DNA of 5,241 nucleotides, taken from positions 1 to 5,241 of the forward strand of contig PAVW01000015.1 in the NCBI GenBank assembly GCA_002713205.1, read 5' to 3'. The notes beneath the pieces were generated by a model. That model worked only from the letters and a program-made list of their open reading frames with translations, had not been told where the DNA came from and did not search any database. The stretch is from Nitrososphaerota archaeon. GTDB lineage: Archaea; Thermoproteota; Nitrososphaeria; Nitrososphaerales; UBA57. Positions 1-3,988 of this stretch are shown here, piece by piece; the first letter of the stretch is position 1; each line of letters begins with the position of its first letter. Both the position numbers and the translations under genes were made by a program.

Positions 1-17
1 GACGTGTTTTTTAGTTA

Positions 18-29
18 TTTTAATATATA
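18..29 (+). promoter_or_regulatory. Candidate archaeal TATA box (TTTTAATATATA)
   Basis: AT-only TATA-like element. It lies about 20 nt upstream of a tiny ORF (ATG 45) and about 110 nt upstream of the MORN gene start, so it is unclear which of the two it serves. Confidence 0.3.
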
Positions 30-134
30 CTATTGTGATTCATTATGAAGCCAAAGACCGAACTAGAGCCCGTAGTTGAACCAAAGCCAGTTGTTAAAAA
101 ATCTCGAGTTAGGAATTGACAGGACTTACAGTAA

Positions 135-647
135 ATGAAGGATAGAAACGTACTTTTGTTAGGAGCTGGGTTGGTCGTAGTTATAGTGTTAGTGTTTGGT
201 ATATTGGTTTTTCAATTTATGATATTTGGAACTCATCCTACACCCGAGGAGTTGGTTTGTTGTATTCTTATTCAAGATGATATGGGAAAAGACAGAGGTA
301 TAGATTACACATGGAGTGGTGAATGGAAATTTGAAAGAGGATTAGATATTTGGCTTCCTCATGGATATGGAATTTTAGAAACCATGTATGCGAGTTATGA
401 GGGATTGTATGTGGATGGAATGTTGGAAGGAAAAGGAAATTCTTACCATAAAGTGGAGATGTTGGAATGTACAAATGAGTATGTAAATGGAGAACGGCAT
501 GGTCAGGGGATTTGTATTGCGGATGATGGGAGAGAATGGAATGGTGAATGGAAAGATGATGGAGTTTTTCCACATAATGGAGTAATGTTTGATGCATCAG
601 GTAAGATAACAATTGAATGGAGAAATGGGGAAGAGATCAAGAAGTAA
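135..647 (+). CDS. Membrane-anchored MORN-repeat protein (170 aa)
   Basis: The N-terminal hydrophobic helix is LLLGAGLVVVIVLVFGILVFQFMIFG. It is followed by about 4 degenerate YxGxWxxGxxxGxG-type repeats: WSGEWKFERG...PHGYG, YEGLYVDGMLEGKG, YVNGERHGQG, WNGEWKDDGVFPHNG, IEWRNGEE. The antisense ORFs inside it are low-complexity shadows. Confidence 0.75.
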   Translation: MKDRNVLLLGAGLVVVIVLVFGILVFQFMIFGTHPTPEELVCCILIQDDMGKDRGIDYTWSGEWKFERGLDIWLPHGYGILETMYASYEGLYVDGMLEGKGNSYHKVEMLECTNEYVNGERHGQGICIADDGREWNGEWKDDGVFPHNGVMFDASGKITIEWRNGEEIKK

Positions 648-691
648 GATGAGTGAATATCTTGATCAACGTAGTAGTTTTTAGTTATTTT
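635..691. terminator. Hairpin plus T-tract between convergent genes
   Basis: GATCAAGA (635-642) pairs with TCTTGATC (660-667) as an 8-bp stem with a 17-nt loop that spans the MORN stop codon. T5 (678-682) and T4 (688-691) runs follow on the + strand. The element sits in the 37-bp gap between the convergent stops at 647 and 685. Confidence 0.4.
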
Positions 692-912
692 GATTGAATT
701 GCTTTTGATGTTGTTTTACGTTCAGATTTATTGTTATAGTATATAATTAACAAAAATGTCGTAAACAACATTTCGTAAACCATGTAAGGAATTGCAAAAG
801 ACCATACAAAAAAGAACAGAGGTATGGTAATATAGAATTTCTTTATCCAGATTTCTACAAATAAATGGAGAAGAGAGCGAACTCTCTTCTTGTCCAATTG
901 TTTACCCAACAT
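685..912 (-). CDS. Small hydrophobic (about 2 TM) hypothetical protein, 75 aa
   Basis: An ATG at 912 is preceded by GGTGAT (reverse complement of 922-927) with a 9-nt spacer, which is a good SD. Hydrophobic segments are ITIPLFFFVWSFAIPYMVY and MLFTTFLLIIYY. It is the last gene of the minus-strand small-gene cluster. Confidence 0.45.
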   Translation of the reverse strand: MLGKQLDKKRVRSLLHLFVEIWIKKFYITIPLFFFVWSFAIPYMVYEMLFTTFLLIIYYNNKSERKTTSKAIQSK

Positions 913-1000
913 TGTCTTTTTATCACCTATGAATTAATTCGCTTGGTTTTGGTAGATGCCCATTATAAACCGATATTTTTGCAGGGCTTTAACTTCACCT

Positions 1001-1210
1001 TCAACTATGTGGTAAGCAGGCATAAGCTCGGCAAATCTTACAATAGAAGGTGTTCCATTTTTTCCAAAATTTTGGCATTTTATTTTCTTGTTTCTTCATT
1101 CGAATCATACTTCGTAGTGCTTCCTTTGAGTAGATAGGAGGATCAGGTACGCCTAACAGATAGGCCTCCCATTGAAGATCATCAGTGTTATCCGTACCGC
1201 AATCTGTCAT
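1001..1210 (-). CDS. Hypothetical small protein, 69 aa as tracked; possibly frameshifted, with an alternative frame open to 934
   Basis: Its ATG overlaps the upstream gene's stop as ATGA (1207-1210). The C-terminal tail has CKIC-x4-C-x2-H. A second frame is open from 1095 to 934 and reads protein-like after the A6 run at 1058-1063. No family was recognised. Confidence 0.4.
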   Translation of the reverse strand: MTDCGTDNTDDLQWEAYLLGVPDPPIYSKEALRSMIRMKKQENKMPKFWKKWNTFYCKICRAYACLPHS

Positions 1211-1485
1211 TTCAATGATTCCCGCACCATGGTGCTGACTGGTTGTGTAACAACCAGCCCAGTTGGCTTGATTGAGATAAATTGATTATCTGCCCATTCA
1301 TGATCGGTTTTTTGTGGAATTCGTAAATTCTCGGCTTTGTCGCCTCCCTTTACTGTACTCTTGTGAGAGCTTTGTGCTAAACTACCAAATTCAGATTTGA
1401 TAGCTTTACCCACCATGAATGATGGGTTAACTGTAGGAACAACAAATGTTCCAACAGTAATAGAAGATTCTTTTGAATTTTCCAT
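1207..1485 (-). CDS. Small protein with an HNH / beta-beta-alpha-Me (colicin-DNase-like) motif, about 92 aa
   Basis: The motif is SSHKSTVKGGDKAENLRIPQKTDHEW, i.e. H-x5-GG-x4-N-L-R-x7-H. The tracked start at 1494 is TTG. The ATG at 1485 lies 24 nt downstream of the centre of a TATA box, so I prefer it (leaderless transcript). Confidence 0.5.
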   Translation of the reverse strand: MENSKESSITVGTFVVPTVNPSFMVGKAIKSEFGSLAQSSHKSTVKGGDKAENLRIPQKTDHEWADNQFISIKPTGLVVTQPVSTMVRESLK

Positions 1486-1502
1486 AATAACCAATAGTTT
1501 TG

Positions 1503-1515
1503 TTTAAATATAAAG
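1503..1515 (-). promoter_or_regulatory. Archaeal TATA box (minus strand CTTTATATTTAAA)
   Basis: This is a near-consensus TATA element. Its centre is about 24 nt upstream of the ATG at 1485, the spacing expected for a leaderless archaeal mRNA. Confidence 0.55.
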
Positions 1516-1521
1516 CCATAA

Positions 1522-1540
1522 GGGGAAAATACGAAAAATG
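1522..1540 (-). terminator. Oligo-T terminator candidate downstream of GGGPS
   Basis: The minus strand reads CATTTTTCGTATTTTCCCC (T5 and T4 runs), 35-50 nt after the GGGPS stop at 1575. Confidence 0.4.
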
Positions 1541-1574
1541 AGCCAAGTACTTTGAATCCCTCTTGTTCAAGTAA

Positions 1575-2318
1575 TTATGATCTAATCGCTTTTGTAATTT
1601 TTAGAAGAGCTGTTTTATAGTTTTTTGTTTCTAATACTGAACCTATAATGATTGCATCAACACCTGTCTTGGCAATTTTCTTTGCTGTGGGTGCGTCTTT
1701 AATACCACCACCGACCATGAGAAAGCCAGAATAAAGTTTCCTTACTGTGGAGATGATGTTGATGGGGATGGAATTTTTAACTCCTGAACCTGATTCTAGG
1801 TATAGAAATCTCATACCCATATATTCGGCTGCTAGGGCATACATTCCTGCTATCTCCGGTTTATCTAATGGGATTCCTCTTGCTCTACCTATAAACCCTG
1901 CTCCTCCGCCATCACCTATAATGATGTAGGCAGTTGGTAGTGCTTCCATATTGAGTTTCTTTACCGTAATTGCACCTAATGCTTGGGCTCCAGTAATAAA
2001 ATATGGGTTTTCAGAATTAAGTAATGACATAAACAGAATTGCGTCTGCGTTAGAAGCAACCCCACTGATATTACCTGGAAATAGTATAACTGGAAGCTTG
2101 GTTAGTTTGTTAATATGATTTACCAGGGTTTCAATTTCGGTCTGATCAGATATTGTTGAGCCGCCTACGAATATTGCAGACGCCTTAGATTTTTCAATTG
2201 TTTTTATTAATTTAGGTAAGGATTTGAGGTTGGTTGTTTGTGAATCTAAAAGGGTAAAACAAAGGGTCTTGTCTTTTGATTCTTTCAGTAAGTATTTTTC
2301 TATCTTCCTTGGATTCAT
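1575..2318 (-). CDS. Geranylgeranylglyceryl phosphate synthase (PcrB/GGGPS family), 247 aa
   Basis: The sequence has the TIM-barrel PcrB/GGGPS hallmarks: FTLLDSQ near the N-terminus, FVGGSTISDQ, IIIGDGGGAGFIG, YLESGSG, and the C-terminal phosphate-binding stretch MVGGGIKD...DAIIIGSVLE. Confidence 0.9.
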   Translation of the reverse strand: MNPRKIEKYLLKESKDKTLCFTLLDSQTTNLKSLPKLIKTIEKSKASAIFVGGSTISDQTEIETLVNHINKLTKLPVILFPGNISGVASNADAILFMSLLNSENPYFITGAQALGAITVKKLNMEALPTAYIIIGDGGGAGFIGRARGIPLDKPEIAGMYALAAEYMGMRFLYLESGSGVKNSIPINIISTVRKLYSGFLMVGGGIKDAPTAKKIAKTGVDAIIIGSVLETKNYKTALLKITKAIRS

Positions 2319-2596
2319 TGTTGCCCGCCTTTCATAAACCAGTCTACAAAGTCGTTGTATACATCAATTGGTTCTTTATATGAAGAGGGATAGTCATTAT
2401 TTATGTTGCAGTTTCCACAGTGAATATTAATATCAAACATTTTTCTAATTCGTTGTCCTGGTATGTGTTCAGGTTGATCTTCTGCTTTAAGGAGTTGGCG
2501 TGTTATTCTTACCGAAACTGTGCCACAGCTTGGACATTGGTATACTTTTGGTAATTTACGAGTTATTTTAATTATCTTTCTGCGTTTTCTTGCCAT
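2315..2596 (-). CDS. elf1: Transcription elongation factor Elf1 homolog (zinc ribbon), 93 aa
   Basis: It has a basic N-terminus (MARKRRKIIKITRK), the zinc pairs CPSC...CGNC, and the Elf1 signature EPIDVYNDFVDWF (compare eukaryotic PVDVYSDWFDA, recalled from memory). Confidence 0.85.
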   Translation of the reverse strand: MARKRRKIIKITRKLPKVYQCPSCGTVSVRITRQLLKAEDQPEHIPGQRIRKMFDINIHCGNCNINNDYPSSYKEPIDVYNDFVDWFMKGGQQ

Positions 2597-2617
2597 AGAT
2601 AAATTGGTTATGTATTG

Positions 2618-2629
2618 TTTTTAATAAAG
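2618..2629 (-). promoter_or_regulatory. Candidate TATA box for the elf1-GGGPS operon (minus strand CTTTATTAAAAA)
   Basis: Its centre is about 28 nt upstream of the ATG at 2596. Confidence 0.4.
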
Positions 2630-2726
2630 TCTTTTTATTAGTTTTTTATATTTTTAGGTTAAAGAAAATAATTTTTACATAGTTTTTGATAAATCGGGAA
2701 AAAATTGAAGATATATAGAATTAATG

Positions 2727-2734
2727 TTTATAAT
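2727..2734 (+). promoter_or_regulatory. Candidate TATA box (TTTATAAT) for the HTH operon
   Basis: It lies about 27 nt upstream of the ATG at 2757 and overlaps the 18-bp palindrome. Confidence 0.45.
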
Positions 2735-2748
2735 ACAAATTTGTATTA
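2731..2748. promoter_or_regulatory. Perfect 18-bp palindrome TAATACAAATTTGTATTA (candidate operator)
   Basis: The sequence is exactly self-complementary. It spans the TATA box to the expected transcription start and ends 9 nt before the ATG at 2757. Confidence 0.5.
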
Positions 2749-2756
2749 CAATAATC

Positions 2757-3161
2757 ATGATAGATGAACTAATAAAAAACGATAGTTTGCTTCAGTTTTT
2801 GTTGAATAATAGCCATTTTACAAAAACACAGATTGATTCGTTATTATTGGCTTTTGAGTACAAGATAGAGGGATATTCCCTGGGTGAAATAGTGAAATTA
2901 CGTGACTCTGGTCCTGTGACCAAGGGATCTTATGGAAGAAGTTTAAAGCAATCAAAAAGGAATTTCAGCAAGTCGTTGTATACGTTAGTATTAGCAATAT
3001 ACCTAGGTATATTGGATGTTAATACATTGAATTCAATGATTGAGTTATCTAATAAATTAAAATCAATTAAGGAACTTGAGTTACCTCCTAACATTATAGA
3101 ACAGGTTGAAGATTTAGTAGAAGAAATATGTGATAGGGTTACTGCTGATAAAGTTATTTAG
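2757..3161 (+). CDS. HTH DNA-binding protein, sigma-70 region 4 / LuxR / Tfx-like, about 134 aa
   Basis: FTKTQIDSLLLAFEYKIEGYSLGEIVKLRDSGPVTKGSYGRSLKQSKRNFSKSL matches the pattern LTxxQxxvl...GxSxxEIa...vtxGtvxxxlxxAxxnl. The tracked start at 2724 lies upstream of the TATA box and adds an odd MFIIQICITII leader, so I prefer the ATG at 2757. Confidence 0.65.
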   Translation: MIDELIKNDSLLQFLLNNSHFTKTQIDSLLLAFEYKIEGYSLGEIVKLRDSGPVTKGSYGRSLKQSKRNFSKSLYTLVLAIYLGILDVNTLNSMIELSNKLKSIKELELPPNIIEQVEDLVEEICDRVTADKVI

Positions 3162-3163
3162 TA

Positions 3164-3196
3164 GTGATGTCTTATGTGATATTATTGATATCAAGT
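3164..3196 (+). repeat. Direct repeat copy A (GTGATGT-CT-TATGTGATAT-TATTGATAT-CAAGT)
   Basis: It covers the start codon of the wHTH gene and matches copy B apart from 2-nt and 9-nt insertions. Confidence 0.55.
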
Positions 3197-3724
3197 GATT
3201 ATATTATATTAATTGGAATTACTGGTATTTCATTTTTATTCACAGGAATTATTATTTTATATTTACGTCAGAGTGTATTTGATATTCAACAAAGAAAGCA
3301 AGCTGGAGATATATTAACGGAGATTGTATCTACACTCAATAAATCAATAGATGAGAAGGAAAGTCGTATTATTGATTTAATGATGCGGGTTGATTTACTT
3401 GAATTACGTTTGCAAAAACAAGTGGGGCAAGAAATTAAAAGTGGTTCTAATGTTTATCCAATAACTAATATTAATAGAAGTGATATCACAGATAGTTTAA
3501 GTGATATCAATTTATCAGAAACAGAGGAAGTAATAATTAAGAGTTTAAGTAAGGAGCCTATGTTTGTTTCTGAAATTAGAACACAGATTAATAAGTCAAG
3601 GGAACATACAAGTAGGTTAGTTTCCAGGTTAAGTAAGTTAAATGTGATTAAGAAAAGAAATATTAATGGACAGGTTTCTTGTGAATTGACTGATCGGGGA
3701 AAGGATATTCTAGCTGGTTTGTGA
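3164..3724 (+). CDS. Membrane-tethered winged-helix (MarR/ArsR-like) DNA-binding protein, 186 aa
   Basis: The N-terminal hydrophobic segment is SYVILLISSDYIILIGITGISFLFTGIIILYL, followed by basic residues (C-terminus inside). A coiled-coil-like stretch follows (EKESRIIDLMMRVDLLELRLQKQ). The C-terminal wHTH is LSETEEVIIKSLSKEPMFVSEIRTQINKSREHTSRLVSRLSKLNVIKKRNINGQVSCELTDRGKDIL. The start (GTG 3164 or ATG 3167) is 2-5 nt after the upstream stop. Confidence 0.75.
   Translation: MMSYVILLISSDYIILIGITGISFLFTGIIILYLRQSVFDIQQRKQAGDILTEIVSTLNKSIDEKESRIIDLMMRVDLLELRLQKQVGQEIKSGSNVYPITNINRSDITDSLSDINLSETEEVIIKSLSKEPMFVSEIRTQINKSREHTSRLVSRLSKLNVIKKRNINGQVSCELTDRGKDILAGL
3186..3193. repeat. TGATATCA palindrome, site 1
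   Basis: Exact 8-bp palindrome, read as L-I-S codons. The extended 11-mer TGATATCAAGT is identical to site 4. Confidence 0.6.
3481..3488. repeat. TGATATCA palindrome, site 2
   Basis: GTGATATCAC, read as S-D-I-T. It is 21 bp from site 3. Confidence 0.6.
3502..3509. repeat. TGATATCA palindrome, site 3
   Basis: GTGATATCAA, read as S-D-I-N. Confidence 0.6.
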
Positions 3725-3742
3725 TGTTATGTGATATCAAGT
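3721..3742 (+). repeat. Direct repeat copy B (GTGATGT-TATGTGATAT-CAAGT)
   Basis: It covers the stop codon (TGA 3722-3724) of the wHTH gene. All 22 of its nt match copy A if two gaps are allowed. Confidence 0.55.
3732..3739. repeat. TGATATCA palindrome, site 4 (intergenic)
   Basis: GTGATATCAAGT, located outside the wHTH CDS and 35 nt upstream of the small RHH-like ORF. Confidence 0.6.
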
Positions 3743-3773
3743 TTAATGATATGGTTTGGAATGTGGTGAGATT

Positions 3774-3902
3774 ATGGTAAAAAAATATATTTGTATTACA
3801 AATGACGAGGATTTTAAAATAAGAGCTAGAAAAAGGCTCAAAGAACTTGCAATAGAGCAGGGATGGAGTCTCAAAGAAAGGGCACAAGCAGGACTTGATT
3901 AA
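3774..3902 (+). CDS. Small ribbon-helix-helix-like protein, 42 aa (not in the ORF track)
   Basis: My translation is MVKKYICITNDEDFKIRARKRLKELAIEQGWSLKERAQAGLD, which has a beta-strand-then-helices pattern like CopG/Arc. GGTGAG (3765-3770) sits 3 nt before the ATG, and a T7 terminator lies 43 nt downstream. The protein is short, so the call is tentative. Confidence 0.4.
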   Translation: MVKKYICITNDEDFKIRARKRLKELAIEQGWSLKERAQAGLD

Positions 3903-3944
3903 AAAATGGATAAGGTAATTATAATTAGTAATATATAATTATTA

Positions 3945-3951
3945 TTTTTTT
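3945..3951 (+). terminator. Oligo-T (T7) terminator of the plus-strand regulator operon
   Basis: TTTTTTT lies in an AT-only spacer between convergent genes. The complementary A6 run at 3901-3906 could act as the T-run for the minus-strand stomatin transcript. Confidence 0.45.
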
Positions 3952-3988
3952 ATAAATATTTTGGGTTTAGGTTGTTGTGTAAATTAGG

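Noticed and set aside
45-119. Tiny ORF MKPKTELEPVVEPKPVVKKSRVRN (24 aa) located 16 nt downstream of a TATA-like box
   Set aside because: The spacing fits a leaderless transcript. However, 24 codons of Lys/Pro/Val-rich sequence cannot be told from chance, and it may simply be the 5' UTR of the MORN gene.
268-612. Minus-strand ORFs 268-612 (114 aa) and 375-575 (66 aa) inside the MORN gene
   Set aside because: These are low-complexity, His/Leu/Ser-rich translations lying fully antisense to a gene with a clear repeat architecture. They are typical shadow ORFs with no start context.
8-691. Exact 14-mer TTTTTAGTTATTTT at 8-21 and 678-691, flanking the MORN gene
   Set aside because: The sequence is nearly all T. 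By a rough estimate, a repeat of this length and composition is expected about once by chance in an AT-rich 5-kb window. Both copies are more simply read as oligo-T terminator tracts than as target-site duplications.
865-1137. Plus-strand ORF 865-1137 (90 aa)
   Set aside because: It is antisense to the minus-strand small-gene operon, which has a TATA box, an ATGA overlap and an SD. This ORF has no SD or TATA of its own and its translation has no recognisable motif.
1747-1929. Plus-strand ORF 1747-1929 (60 aa)
   Set aside because: It lies entirely antisense within the well-supported GGGPS gene and is a shadow ORF.
2724-2756. Tracked start codon at 2724 for the HTH gene
   Set aside because: It lies upstream of or within the candidate TATA box and palindrome. 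It would add an implausible MFIIQICITII extension encoded by the promoter/operator sequence. The ATG at 2757 fits archaeal TATA-to-start spacing.
3164-3170. GTGATGT at 3164 and 3721 as possible C boxes of C/D-box sRNAs
   Set aside because: The C-box consensus is RUGAUGA. Both copies end in T rather than A, and I found no appropriately spaced CUGA D box or terminal stem.
3663-3887. Minus-strand ORF 3663-3887 (74 aa)
   Set aside because: It is antisense to the 3' end of the wHTH gene and to the RHH-like ORF. It is Phe/Asn/Ile-rich low-complexity sequence with no start context.
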